DNA of 64,000 nucleotides from Pyrinomonadaceae bacterium (GTDB lineage: Bacteria; Acidobacteriota; Blastocatellia; Pyrinomonadales; Pyrinomonadaceae). Location of the stretch: positions 99,786 to 163,785 of the forward strand of contig JBKBYA010000008.1 of the NCBI GenBank assembly GCA_046313635.1. Direction: 5' to 3'. This document shows positions 26,330 through 36,812 of this stretch, piece after piece. How positions within the stretch are numbered: position 1 is the first letter of the stretch; the number at the start of each line of letters is the position of its first letter. The notes under the pieces are model-generated. The model ran no database searches. It was not told where the DNA came from and was given only the letters and a program-made list of their open reading frames with translations. The translations under genes and the position numbers were made by a program.

Positions 26330-27445
26330 CTACGCCTTTTTCTCCGTCAGAGAGATCATCCGTTCGAGCGCGACGTTGGCGTAGTGCTTGGTCTCGTCGT
26401 CGACCACGATCTCGTTGACGACGACGCCGTCGACGAGGTTCTCCATCGCCCAGGCAAGATTTTGCGGCGCGATGCGATACATCGTCGCGCACATGCAGAG
26501 GTCGGGCGCGAGCAGGTGGATCTCTTTGTCGGGGAAACGCTGCTGCAGTCGGCTGACGAGATTGACCTCGGTGCCGATCGCCCACTTTGAGCCCGGCGGA
26601 GCATTCTCGACCGTCTTGATGATGAACGACGTCGAGCCGTCGAGGTCAGAAATATCGACGACCTCTTTCATACATTCCGGATGGACGAGCACCTGCACGC
26701 CGGGAATGTCCTGTCGCACTTTGTCGACGTGCCACGGTTTAAAGCGCCCGTGCACCGAGCAGTGGCCGCGCCAGAGGATGAGTTTGGCGTTGTGAAGCTG
26801 CTCTTCGGTATTGCCGCCGAGCTCCTCGTGCGGGTTCCAGAGGACCATATGCTCGAGCGGGATACCGAACTTCGACCCCGTATTTCGACCAAGATGCTGG
26901 TCCGGGAAAAAGAACATCTTGTCAAACTCTTTCAGATAAACATCGAAGAGCGGTATCGCGTTCGACGACGTGCAGACGACGCCTTCGTTGCGGCCGCAAA
27001 AGGCCTTGATCGCCGCCGAAGAATTCATATACGTGATCGGCGCGACCTTGCTCTCGAGCACGCCGATCTCGCCGAGCTGCTCCCACGCATCCTCGACCTG
27101 CTCGATCGTCGCCATGTCGGCCATCGAGCATCCGGCTCCGAGATCGGGCAGTATCACACGCTGCGAAGGCTTGCCCAGAATGTCGGCCGACTCGGCCATA
27201 AAATGCACGCCGCAGAAGACGATGTATTCGGCATCCGTCCGCGACGCCATCACCGACAGCTGGTACGAGTCGCCCGTCAGGTCAGCGTGGCGAATGACGT
27301 CGTCGCGCTGGTAATGGTGGCCCAGGATGACGACGCGCCGGCCGAGCTCGCGGCGGGCACGCTCGATGCGCTCGTCGATCTCGTCGAGGCCCATCGCGAG
27401 GTAATCCTCTAAAACTCTTGGCTGGTCTATCACTGCACTGGACAT
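26330..27445 (-). CDS. nadA: Quinolinate synthase
   Basis: HHYQ, CGVHFMAE, GCSMA, CSVH, HPEC and CATM motifs. Confidence 0.96.
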   Translation of the reverse strand: MSSAVIDQPRVLEDYLAMGLDEIDERIERARRELGRRVVILGHHYQRDDVIRHADLTGDSYQLSVMASRTDAEYIVFCGVHFMAESADILGKPSQRVILPDLGAGCSMADMATIEQVEDAWEQLGEIGVLESKVAPITYMNSSAAIKAFCGRNEGVVCTSSNAIPLFDVYLKEFDKMFFFPDQHLGRNTGSKFGIPLEHMVLWNPHEELGGNTEEQLHNAKLILWRGHCSVHGRFKPWHVDKVRQDIPGVQVLVHPECMKEVVDISDLDGSTSFIIKTVENAPPGSKWAIGTEVNLVSRLQQRFPDKEIHLLAPDLCMCATMYRIAPQNLAWAMENLVDGVVVNEIVVDDETKHYANVALERMISLTEKKA

Positions 27446-27755
27446 TTATTTCTCCCGTACCGCTTGGATGCAAAAAGCGGCCGCCGATCGAATGAAAATC
27501 ATTGCGCCTCGCGAGGGCTAAATCAAGGGGCCGGCCCTCGTCGGCACGTTCAGCCGGCGACGCTTACGACAATAGGCAGTTAGGCTTACAGGCGGCGATC
27601 GGGTGACTTGAGGCGCAAACTTTGTTCTTGACTAATGGATCCCCGATCCGTATCCTCAACCTCGGCCGACAAGTCGGTTTGTCGGCCGCTTCCACCGCTC
27701 AAAAGATCCGTGGTTCTTTCGGCTTGGTACCACCCGACCGCTGCTCCAAACAAAA

Positions 27756-30700
27756 ATGAAAAAAGTAATGCTGCCCGCGAGCGGTCTACGTGCACGCTCG
27801 GCTGTTTCGTTCTTTGCCCTCACCGTTCTGACGACGATCCTGGCACTGCAGGCTGGCGATCTGTTTACCGCGCGTTCCGAGGCATCGTCCGCGGCCGCCG
27901 CGCTGTCGGTCACGCCGATCACATGGAACATCATCGGTCTCGACAGCAACACGCCGTCCACGGGCCCCAATCGCTTCCCGGTAGGCGCTCGTGTCTGCAA
28001 TACCGGATCGACGACCCTCGGCAGCGTCACGGCCCAGTTCGTTTGGGACTCCGCCAACGCGAATATCAACCTTAGGACCGGCTCGCTGTCATCCGTTCAG
28101 CTCGGCAGCCTCGCACCGGCAAGCTGCGCCGACGCGTACTTCGAGGCCGAGGTAACGCGCACCGCGGCCGCATACAATACGACGCGGCGCTACCGCATCA
28201 CCGCAAGCGACAGCGTCTCGGGAGCATCGGGCAGCACGCCGTCGGGCCGCGAGCTTTACGTCGAAAAGCTCATCTCGCAAAACCGCAACGGCATTACATC
28301 CGTCAAGCTCAACGGAACGTCCATCCCGGCCGGCGGCTCGATGAATCTGCTCGTCGGCAACACATACACCATCGAGCTTGCCGGATACACCGCCACCCAG
28401 GGGTACAATCAGCTCGAGGGCTTTATCAACTTCCCGAATACGATCTTTCAGGTCCTCAGCGTCAACACGACCTATTCGGCAAACAATTCGCCCTACGTCA
28501 CAACGCCGTCGTCGCTGCTCTACGCGAACGCATGTCTCTGGGATGACGACCTTAACAGCCCGAATTACCGTTCCTGCATCGGCGGCGACGCAAAAGCGGG
28601 CGGCACCGTCACGACGACCTACACGGTGCGCATCCTGAGCGGCGGCGGCACGAGCCAGACGCTCAACACGCTCCTCTACGACTTTTCGGGCAGCAGCTTT
28701 CACTACAACGCGGACTTCTCCGCCGCAGGCCGCATCGCAAATATCATCAGCCCGTCGTCGACGACGATATCAAAAGCGTTTTCGCCAAAGGCGATCGCTC
28801 CCGGCGGCACTTCGGCACTTACCTTCAGGATCACGAATCCGACGACCGAGACTCTGACCGGCGTGAATTTCACAGATACATTTCCTGCGGGAATGTTCGT
28901 CGCGAGCACGCCCGGCGTTTCGTACAGCGGCTGCGGAGCGGGCAGCTTTTCGCCCGCCCCGGTCGGCGGAGCGTCGTCGCTGTCATTCGTCAACGGCAGT
29001 ATCGCGCCCGGCGCGAGCTGTGTTATCAGCGTTAACGTCACAGCCCCGGCGGTGGGGACGTTCGTCAACACGACCGGCCATCTCTATATCAACGGAACGA
29101 CAGATACGGGCAACACCGCTTCGGACACGCTCGCAGCGGCCGTGGCCGCGGCCTGTACGCCGGGACAGACGCTCGCGACCTGGACCATGCCGACCTCGGG
29201 CCAGGGCAGCGGCGGCCCGCCTCCGCCGTACACGACCAAGTCGTCTCGCGTCGCAAGCGCGGTCGCATCGACGAGCGTAGGGATGACGAACTCCATCGTG
29301 TCGAGCGGCAACCCGCCAAATGCGTGGGCAAGCCAGGGCTTTCCCAAGACAGGCTCGATCAACGGCGACACAACGCCGTATCTTCAGTTCGCGATCGACA
29401 CGAGCCGCTTCTCCGGGGTATCGATCTCGCTCGACCATAGGCGGGACACCAACTGGGGCGGCGGCAGCAGTTCTACGCCGACGATGCACATTTACTCGAG
29501 CACAACGGGCGCGCCGGGCTCGTTCACGCTGATCGGCTCGACACCCAGCCTGACGAGCGCCTGGCAGTCGCTCGGCAATATCGCCGCCGCGGCGACCGGC
29601 ACGAGCACCACCTACTTCCGCATCAACGCGGTCGGCACCAACAGCGAGAGTTCGTCACAGCTCTTTATCGACAACATCACTTTCACGGGCTGCGCTCTCG
29701 CGCCGGCGGCACCGACGATCGCTAAATCCTTCTCACCGGCGCAGATCGTCAAAGGCGCGACATCGTCGCTGACGTTCACGCTCAATAACACCGCGGCCGG
29801 CAATCAGGCTCTGACCGGCGTCGCATTCAGCGACGTGCTCCCGGCTGGATTGTCGGTCGCTGATTCGTCGTCCTCGCAGTGCGGCGGCACGCTGACGACG
29901 ACCGCCTCGACGCGCACGATCGCGCTCACCGGCGGCACGCTCGCGGCCGGCGGAAGCTGCAGCTTCAGCGTCAGCGTCACCGGTTCGACCGAGGGCAGTT
30001 ATACGAACGTCACCGGATTTGTATCAACCAACGAGACCGGGGCCACGACGAGCTACGCGACGGCGCCGCTGACGGTCGTTGCACCGCCGTCGCTCGGCAA
30101 GGCTTTTTCGCCGGCCTCGGTGCTGACCGGTCAAACGTCCACGCTGTCTTTCACGATTCAAAATCCGAACAGATCGAATTCGCTCTCCGGCATCGCATTT
30201 ACCGATACGCTGCCGTCGGGCGTCACGGTCGCGACGAGCGGCCCGACGGCCGCGTGCGGCGGGACGCTGGCGACGATCGCTCCGTCGACGATCGTGCTCG
30301 CGGGCGGGTCGCTCGCCGCCGGAGCGTCGTGCACGTTCAGCGTGGCCGTCACTGGAGCGACGAGCGGCACCAAACTGAATACGACCAGCGCCGTCTCGTC
30401 GACCGAGGGCGGCTCCGGAGCGGCGGCGACGGCGACGCTCGTCGTCAACGCACCGACCGCGGTCGTGGATCTCAACAAGCAGGTCTCGACCGACGGCGTT
30501 AACTTTGGGAAGTTTCGTGCCGTCGCAACAGGAGCAAACGTCTACTACCGCTTTGCGCTTTACAACGGCGGCGACGTCCCGCTTACGAGTCTCTCGGTCA
30601 CAGACCCGCTGCTCGCGGGAACGCCGGCCGATCCCGCAGGCTGCAGCTGGACGCCTCCGCTCGCGGTCGGCGACACGGCCTATTGCGTCCGCGGCCCGAT

Positions 30701-32582
30701 CGCGGCCGCGTCAGGCTCACACACGAATGTCGCGACGGCGTCGGCAGGATACAGCGGCGGGAGCACGTCGTCGTCGCCTTCGTCGGCCGTTTATGCGACG
30801 GCGTCCCTGTCGATCGTCAAGAATGCGGCGGAGAGCTACTTTGTCGCCGCCGGCGACGTCCTTCACTATTCGTACCTTGTCACAAATACCGGATCGGCAA
30901 CGCTGCCCGGCCCTGTGACAGTCAGCGACGACAAGACGACTGACGAAGCCTGTCCCGCGGTGAGCACCGTCGGCGATCTCGACGATTACCTTGACCCGGG
31001 CGAGAGCATCACCTGCTCGTCGACCTACATCGTACAGCCCGCCGACGTCACGGCCGGCTCGGTCACCAACCTGGCGTTTGCGACCGCCGGCGGCTTTACG
31101 TCAAACACGGCTTCTAAGACGCTCAGCCGTCCGGTCGACCTCTCGATCAGCAAGACGAGCTCGCCGAGGCCTTATTCGGCGGGCGGTGCCTTTGGCTATA
31201 CGATCGTCGTCACGAATAACGGCCCGGCGAATGTCACCGGAGCTCAGGTCACCGATACGCTGCCGGCGGCAGTCTCCGGCTTTACGTGGACGTGTTCCGC
31301 CTTTGGCACGGGCTCGTCGTGCGGGACGTCGGGCCCCGCGTCCGGCAATATCAACACGACGGTCAACCTGCCGTCGGGAACTCAGGCTGTCTTTACCGTC
31401 TCGGGAACGCTGCCCGGCGGTACGAGCGGCCAGATCACAAATACCGCGTCGGTAGCCGCGCCGGCCGGCGTCGTGGATATCGTACCGGGCAACAACACCT
31501 CAACGGACGTCAATCCCGTCGGCCCGTCGGCCGACCTCGTCGTCACCAAGACCAGCTCGCCGAAGCCGTATGTCGCGGGTTCGCCGCTGACGTACACGAT
31601 CACTGTGACCAATAACGGTCCGAGCTCGGTCACCGGCGCCGTCGTTCGCGACATCCTTCCGATCAATCTGAGCGGCGTCGCGTGGACGTCGACGACGTCC
31701 GGCTCGGCCTCGGTCACGAGCGGCGCATCGGGTGCGGGCAGCGACCTCTCGGCGACGATGAATATTTCGTCGGGCGCGGGCAATTCGGTCACCTTCACCG
31801 TCACGGGAACGGTCGTCGCCGGCACGACCGCGCCGATCGTCAACACGGTGACGGTCCGGCCGCCGGCCGGCGTTACCGATCCGGTGCCCGGCAACAACGT
31901 CGCGACCGACGTCAACGGCACGGCAAACCAGGCCGACCTCGCCGTCGCAAAGGTCAGCTCGCCAAACCCGTATGTCGCCGGTTCGACGCTTACTTACACC
32001 GTAACGATAACGAATAACGGCCCGGCAAATGTTACGCGAGCGAAGCTCGAGGACCGTCTGCCGAGCCAGATCGCCGGATTCTCGTGGACGTGCGCGGCGG
32101 CAGGCGGCGCGGCCTGCCTGCGGACCTCGGGCACGGGCGATATCGACACGCTGCTCGATCTGCCGGTCGGGTCACAGGCGATTTTCACGGTATCGGGCAC
32201 CGTTCCGACGGGCACGACCGGACGTCTGACCAACACGGCGTCGGTCACGACGCCGCGCGGCGTTATCGATCCGTCGTCATCCAACAACGCCTCGACCGAC
32301 AGCACCAACCTGACGCCCACGGCCGGCGAGGTCACGGTCGCGGAACGGGTAATGACGGCCAACGGCAGCGGTATCCACAACGCGCTCGTCGCCCTCACCG
32401 GCCCGAGCGGAGAGACCGTTTTTGCACGCACGTCTGCGTTCGGTTATTTCCGTTTCGACGGCGTGCGGGCCGGCGCGGCCTATCTTGTGGCGGTGACGGC
32501 GAAAGAACGCGCCTTCACACCGCGGCTGGTCCGCGTCGACGACGCCATTGCGGATCTCGATTTTATCGCTGCGGAATGGTGA
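27756..32582 (+). CDS. Giant secreted Ser/Thr-rich surface protein with repeated DUF11-like Ig domains and C-terminal carboxypeptidase-regulatory-like domain
   Basis: Repeats of 'KAFSP..I..G.TS.LTF.I.N' and 'DL...K.SSP.PY.AG..L.YTI.VTNNGP'; N-terminal export signal. Confidence 0.88.
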   Translation: MKKVMLPASGLRARSAVSFFALTVLTTILALQAGDLFTARSEASSAAAALSVTPITWNIIGLDSNTPSTGPNRFPVGARVCNTGSTTLGSVTAQFVWDSANANINLRTGSLSSVQLGSLAPASCADAYFEAEVTRTAAAYNTTRRYRITASDSVSGASGSTPSGRELYVEKLISQNRNGITSVKLNGTSIPAGGSMNLLVGNTYTIELAGYTATQGYNQLEGFINFPNTIFQVLSVNTTYSANNSPYVTTPSSLLYANACLWDDDLNSPNYRSCIGGDAKAGGTVTTTYTVRILSGGGTSQTLNTLLYDFSGSSFHYNADFSAAGRIANIISPSSTTISKAFSPKAIAPGGTSALTFRITNPTTETLTGVNFTDTFPAGMFVASTPGVSYSGCGAGSFSPAPVGGASSLSFVNGSIAPGASCVISVNVTAPAVGTFVNTTGHLYINGTTDTGNTASDTLAAAVAAACTPGQTLATWTMPTSGQGSGGPPPPYTTKSSRVASAVASTSVGMTNSIVSSGNPPNAWASQGFPKTGSINGDTTPYLQFAIDTSRFSGVSISLDHRRDTNWGGGSSSTPTMHIYSSTTGAPGSFTLIGSTPSLTSAWQSLGNIAAAATGTSTTYFRINAVGTNSESSSQLFIDNITFTGCALAPAAPTIAKSFSPAQIVKGATSSLTFTLNNTAAGNQALTGVAFSDVLPAGLSVADSSSSQCGGTLTTTASTRTIALTGGTLAAGGSCSFSVSVTGSTEGSYTNVTGFVSTNETGATTSYATAPLTVVAPPSLGKAFSPASVLTGQTSTLSFTIQNPNRSNSLSGIAFTDTLPSGVTVATSGPTAACGGTLATIAPSTIVLAGGSLAAGASCTFSVAVTGATSGTKLNTTSAVSSTEGGSGAAATATLVVNAPTAVVDLNKQVSTDGVNFGKFRAVATGANVYYRFALYNGGDVPLTSLSVTDPLLAGTPADPAGCSWTPPLAVGDTAYCVRGPIAAASGSHTNVATASAGYSGGSTSSSPSSAVYATASLSIVKNAAESYFVAAGDVLHYSYLVTNTGSATLPGPVTVSDDKTTDEACPAVSTVGDLDDYLDPGESITCSSTYIVQPADVTAGSVTNLAFATAGGFTSNTASKTLSRPVDLSISKTSSPRPYSAGGAFGYTIVVTNNGPANVTGAQVTDTLPAAVSGFTWTCSAFGTGSSCGTSGPASGNINTTVNLPSGTQAVFTVSGTLPGGTSGQITNTASVAAPAGVVDIVPGNNTSTDVNPVGPSADLVVTKTSSPKPYVAGSPLTYTITVTNNGPSSVTGAVVRDILPINLSGVAWTSTTSGSASVTSGASGAGSDLSATMNISSGAGNSVTFTVTGTVVAGTTAPIVNTVTVRPPAGVTDPVPGNNVATDVNGTANQADLAVAKVSSPNPYVAGSTLTYTVTITNNGPANVTRAKLEDRLPSQIAGFSWTCAAAGGAACLRTSGTGDIDTLLDLPVGSQAIFTVSGTVPTGTTGRLTNTASVTTPRGVIDPSSSNNASTDSTNLTPTAGEVTVAERVMTANGSGIHNALVALTGPSGETVFARTSAFGYFRFDGVRAGAAYLVAVTAKERAFTPRLVRVDDAIADLDFIAAEW

Positions 32583-32587
32583 GTCGA

Positions 32588-33664
32588 TCAGGCGATGCCG
32601 AGTAACTTCTCGATGCCGTAGAGGACCATATACGCGAGTCCGGCGATCAGAGCCGCCATCGGTATCGTCAGCACCCATGCCCAGACGATGCGGCCCGCGA
32701 CGCCCCATTTCACGGCGGAGAAGCGCTTTGCCGAACCGACGCCGACGATCGAGCCGGTGATCGTGTGCGTCGTCGAGACCGGGATGCCGAAGTGAGTCGC
32801 GCCAAAGAGCGTTATCGCGCCCGCCGTCTCGGCGCAGAAGCCGCCGACCGGCTGGAGCTTGACGATCTTTGTGCCCATCGTCTTGACGATACGCCAGCCG
32901 CCCGAGAGCGTGCCGAGGCCGATCGCGGCATGCGCGGCGAGCACGACCCACAGCGGTACCTCGGGCAGCTTGCCGCCCGGCGCCATCTGGAGATATCCGC
33001 CCGCGACCAGCGCGATCGTGATGATGCCCATCGTCTTTTGCGCGTCGTTGCCGCCGTGGCCGAGCGAATACGCTCCGGCGGAGAAAAGCTGCCCGACCCT
33101 GAACCACCTGTCGACCTTGTTCACCGACGTCCGGTGAAAGATCCAATACACCGCGGTCATCAATATGAAACCGAGGACCATGCCGATCAGCGGCGACAGG
33201 ATGATGAAGGTCAGCGTCTTTATCCAGCCCTCGGCCTTGAGCACCGTCTCGGCGCCGAAAAATCCGTAGTGCCAAACGTAGGACGATAATGCCGAGCCCG
33301 CGTAGCCGCCGACGAGCGCGTGCGAGCTCGAGGTCGGCAGTCCGAGCCACCAGGTGATCAGATTCCAGAGGATCGCTCCGAGCACGCCTGCCAGCAGCAC
33401 GAACAATTGATCGTTGCCCGGGATCGCCGCGATGTTGACCATGTCGCCGCCGATCGTCTTGGCGACCGCGGTGCCAAAGACCAAGAACGCCGCAAAGTTA
33501 AAGAACGCCGCCCACGCCACTGCGACGCCCGGGCTCAGCACGCGCGTCGCGACGACGGTCGCGATCGAATTTGCCGCGTCATGAAAGCCGTTGACGTAGT
33601 CAAAGACGAGGGCCGCGATAATGATCGTGATCACCAGTCCGAGGGCCGCGGATTGTGTGTCCAT
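32588..33664 (-). CDS. PiT-family inorganic phosphate transporter
   Basis: NGFHDAAN, PTSSSHA, HGGNDAQK and PVSTTH motifs. Confidence 0.93.
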   Translation of the reverse strand: MDTQSAALGLVITIIIAALVFDYVNGFHDAANSIATVVATRVLSPGVAVAWAAFFNFAAFLVFGTAVAKTIGGDMVNIAAIPGNDQLFVLLAGVLGAILWNLITWWLGLPTSSSHALVGGYAGSALSSYVWHYGFFGAETVLKAEGWIKTLTFIILSPLIGMVLGFILMTAVYWIFHRTSVNKVDRWFRVGQLFSAGAYSLGHGGNDAQKTMGIITIALVAGGYLQMAPGGKLPEVPLWVVLAAHAAIGLGTLSGGWRIVKTMGTKIVKLQPVGGFCAETAGAITLFGATHFGIPVSTTHTITGSIVGVGSAKRFSAVKWGVAGRIVWAWVLTIPMAALIAGLAYMVLYGIEKLLGIA

Positions 33665-33719
33665 ATCTTCGCTCGAGAGTCGGCCGGCGGCGGCCGTGAG
33701 GTCAAAGGCGTCCGCTTCG

Positions 33720-34340
33720 TCAGCCGTGCTTCAGGACGATGCTCTCGATGATGTTCGCGACGCTCTCGCAGCGGTCGGTCGCATTCTCGAGGATCTCATA
33801 CAGCTCCTTGAGCTTGATGATCTCGATCGGGTCCGTCGAGTTGTTAAAGAGATATCCGATCGCGCGGAAGTACGCCTCGTCGGCTTCGTTCTCAAGGCGA
33901 TGGATCTCGACGATGTGGGCATTTATCCCGTTCGGCTTTTTGAGCGCTCGGACGGCGGTATTCATTTCCTTCGCAAGGGCGTTGATCAGGCGCGCGAGCT
34001 GCTGCGACGGCTCGTCGATACGGCGAATGTTATACATCCGAATGGCTCGGGCCGCGGCGTCGACGTAATCGCACACGTCGTCGAGGGCGACGACGAGGGT
34101 ATAGATGTCCTCGCGGTCAAACGGCGTGATGAACGATCTGTTGAGCTTGGTCGTGATCTTATGTGTGATCTCGTCGCAGCCATGCTCTACGTCCTTGATC
34201 TTGCGGCCGTACGACGCGTATTCGCTCTCGTCGGCGGTCATCATTTCGACGAGCAGGGCCGAGGCCTCCTCGATCATGACGGTGATCTGCGAAAAGAGCT
34301 CAAAATACTCGTCCTCGCGCGGCAGTAAGCTAAATCCCAT
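33720..34340 (-). CDS. DUF47 phosphate transport regulator
   Basis: EHGCD, SFITPFDREDI and ENEAD; adjacent to pit. Confidence 0.9.
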   Translation of the reverse strand: MGFSLLPREDEYFELFSQITVMIEEASALLVEMMTADESEYASYGRKIKDVEHGCDEITHKITTKLNRSFITPFDREDIYTLVVALDDVCDYVDAAARAIRMYNIRRIDEPSQQLARLINALAKEMNTAVRALKKPNGINAHIVEIHRLENEADEAYFRAIGYLFNNSTDPIEIIKLKELYEILENATDRCESVANIIESIVLKHG

Positions 34341-34430
34341 TTCTGAAGTTCTCCGTTCGTGCAATTCCCGTCGCCGAGCGCCTTGCCGACCGCCGAGGAC
34401 AACGCAGGCTGCGGTGAGGGCCGCAAATTC

Positions 34431-35093
34431 CTAATAGCTGTCGCTGTGCTTTATAAAGACAGCCTCGGTCAGATAAACGTTCAGTTCGCAAATGTCCTTG
34501 ACGTAGTCGCCGATCCGCTCAAAGTGCTTCGCGACAAAGAGCAGCCTCGCCGCGCTGTTGGCGATCTCCGGCTGCCTGACCATCTGCCGGATCAGGTCGT
34601 CAAATACCCGGTGATAACAGTCGTCGATCTTTCGGTCGCGGCGAATGATCTCGCGTGAGGCATCGGCGTCGCCCGACGTAAATGCATCCAGGGCCTCGTG
34701 AAGCATCTCGGCAGCGGTCACGGCCATCAGTGAAAAATCGACATAGCTGCTGATCTGCGGTTCATTATTGAGAATTATCGCGGCCTCCGCAATGCTCCCG
34801 GCATGGTCGGCTATGCGCTCGAGTATAGGCGTGATCTTGGCGACCGACACGACCAGGCGCAGGTCATACTCGGCCGGCTTGTGCGAGGCGAGTATCTCGA
34901 CGCAGAAGCGGTCGATACCGAGCTCCATTTGATCGATGATCGAGTCTTCGGCAAGCACGCGCTCGGCGAGCTCGCTGTCGCGCTCGGTCAACGAGCGTAC
35001 GGCGCGCTGGACGGCCGACTCGACCGCACCGCCCATGAGAAGTATCTGATCGCGAAGACGATCGAGTTGGCCGTCGATGTGATTGTCTACCAT
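34431..35093 (-). CDS. phoU: Phosphate signalling complex protein PhoU
   Basis: DLR...LERIADH and FERIGD repeats. Confidence 0.9.
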   Translation of the reverse strand: MVDNHIDGQLDRLRDQILLMGGAVESAVQRAVRSLTERDSELAERVLAEDSIIDQMELGIDRFCVEILASHKPAEYDLRLVVSVAKITPILERIADHAGSIAEAAIILNNEPQISSYVDFSLMAVTAAEMLHEALDAFTSGDADASREIIRRDRKIDDCYHRVFDDLIRQMVRQPEIANSAARLLFVAKHFERIGDYVKDICELNVYLTEAVFIKHSDSY

Positions 35094-35265
35094 TTCGTAT
35101 GAGCTTGGTGCCGCGTCAGCTATGACCTAGGTTCAGTGCCGCGCGGCATCGGCCAGACACCTTTTCGCCGGCCGCAAGTTCTTGAGTACGCTAGTACAGC
35201 ACAGATTATCGCACGACCCTCGGCGAAGCCCACATCTCGCCCCTGCTGCGGTGCTCTGGTGCCAA

Positions 35266-35281
35266 TGGCATCGCATTTGCT
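35266..35281 (+). promoter_or_regulatory. Sigma-54 -24/-12 promoter candidate
   Basis: TGGCAT-N5-TTGCT about 110 bp upstream of the M48 peptidase gene. Confidence 0.55.
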
Positions 35282-35390
35282 GAGACATCTGCGATCCGGC
35301 CCCGCTGCGCGAATCGCGTGTTCTGATCGATCGAGCCGGGCGACGTTTGATCAAATTATTATTTGTTCGGATTTTGGGGGTTAGCAAGCA

Positions 35391-36785
35391 ATGGTCAACT
35401 ATAGAAATTCGTTTATTGCGGTCCTGTCGCTTTGGGTCGCTCTGCTCGTTCCGGTGTCGCTTGTCGCGCAGACGCGCGTCGCGATGCCGAAGAATCGATA
35501 CAGCACCCAGGACGACGTCAAGCTCGGCCGCGACGCCGCACGGCAGGTCGAGCAGCAGTTCCCTCTGTTGAATGATGGCTCGGTCGACAATTACGTCGAG
35601 GACGTCGGCCGCAGGCTCGTCAACGCCATCCCGGCACAGTTTCGGCATCCGGAATTCAACTACACGTTTGACGTGGTCAACGCGAGCGACATCAACGCGT
35701 TCGCTTTGCCGGGCGGGCCGATGTACGTCAACCGCGGGATGATCGAGGCGGCACGCAACGAGGGCGAGATGGCGGGCGTCATGGCCCACGAGATCGCGCA
35801 CGTCGCGCTCCGTCACGCGACGGCGCAGGCGACCAAGCAGGGCAGCTGGAAGAATCAGCTCGGCATCATCGGCTTGGTGCTCGGCGGAGCGGTGGTCGGC
35901 GGCGAGACCGGAGCTCAGCTCGGCATGCTCGGCGCTCAGGCGTGGATGACCAAGTACAGCCGCGAGTACGAGACGCAGGCCGACATCCTCGGCGCGCAGA
36001 TCATGGCTGCGGCCGGCTACGACCCGCGCGATCTGGCGAATATGTTCCAGACGATCGCTCGTCAGGGCGGCGGGCGCGGCCCGGAATGGCTGAGCAGTCA
36101 CCCCGACCCGGGCAATCGCTACAACACGATCAACCGCGAGGCAGCGATGCTGCGGGTCACCGACCCGATCAAGTACACGCAGCAATTCGCTCGCGTTCAG
36201 GAGCGTCTGCGCAGCATGCCGCCGGCCCGAACGATGGCGCAGATCGAGCAGCAGGCACAGCGGACCGGCGGGGCCGGCAACCCGACGGCCGGCGGCCGAT
36301 ATTCGCGGCGAGTGGAGCTGCCGTCGCGGTCGTACCGAACGTACACCGCGGGCAATTGGGTCCGCCTCAGCGTGCCAAACAACTGGCGCGAGTTTGCCGC
36401 CGGCTCGCAGGTCACCTTCGCTCCCGAGGGTGCGTACGGCGACAACGGCATCACGCACGGGATGATGATGGGCGTCACGCAGGGCAATTCGGGCGATCTA
36501 TACAGAACCGCGCAGGACCATATCGCCGGCCTCGCACAAGCCAACAGCTACCTGCGCCAGGAGAGCGGACTGCAGCGGGCGTCGCTTGCGGGCCGGACGG
36601 CCTACTCGGCGACGCTGTCGGGTCGTTCGCCGATCACGGGACGCGACGAGAGCGTGACCGTGTATGTTACGCAGCTTCGGTCGGGCGAGACTTTCTGGAT
36701 AGCGATGGTCGCACCGTCCGACGAGTCGTACGAATACGACCCGGCGTTCCGAGCGGTGCTGAACTCGGTAAGGCTTAATGCCTAG
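35391..36785 (+). CDS. Exported M48 family zinc metallopeptidase
   Basis: INAFALPGG, HEIAH, YSREYETQAD and SSHP motifs. Confidence 0.9.
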   Translation: MVNYRNSFIAVLSLWVALLVPVSLVAQTRVAMPKNRYSTQDDVKLGRDAARQVEQQFPLLNDGSVDNYVEDVGRRLVNAIPAQFRHPEFNYTFDVVNASDINAFALPGGPMYVNRGMIEAARNEGEMAGVMAHEIAHVALRHATAQATKQGSWKNQLGIIGLVLGGAVVGGETGAQLGMLGAQAWMTKYSREYETQADILGAQIMAAAGYDPRDLANMFQTIARQGGGRGPEWLSSHPDPGNRYNTINREAAMLRVTDPIKYTQQFARVQERLRSMPPARTMAQIEQQAQRTGGAGNPTAGGRYSRRVELPSRSYRTYTAGNWVRLSVPNNWREFAAGSQVTFAPEGAYGDNGITHGMMMGVTQGNSGDLYRTAQDHIAGLAQANSYLRQESGLQRASLAGRTAYSATLSGRSPITGRDESVTVYVTQLRSGETFWIAMVAPSDESYEYDPAFRAVLNSVRLNA

Positions 36786-36812
36786 GTCTTGAGATATCGG
36801 CGCATACCTACA

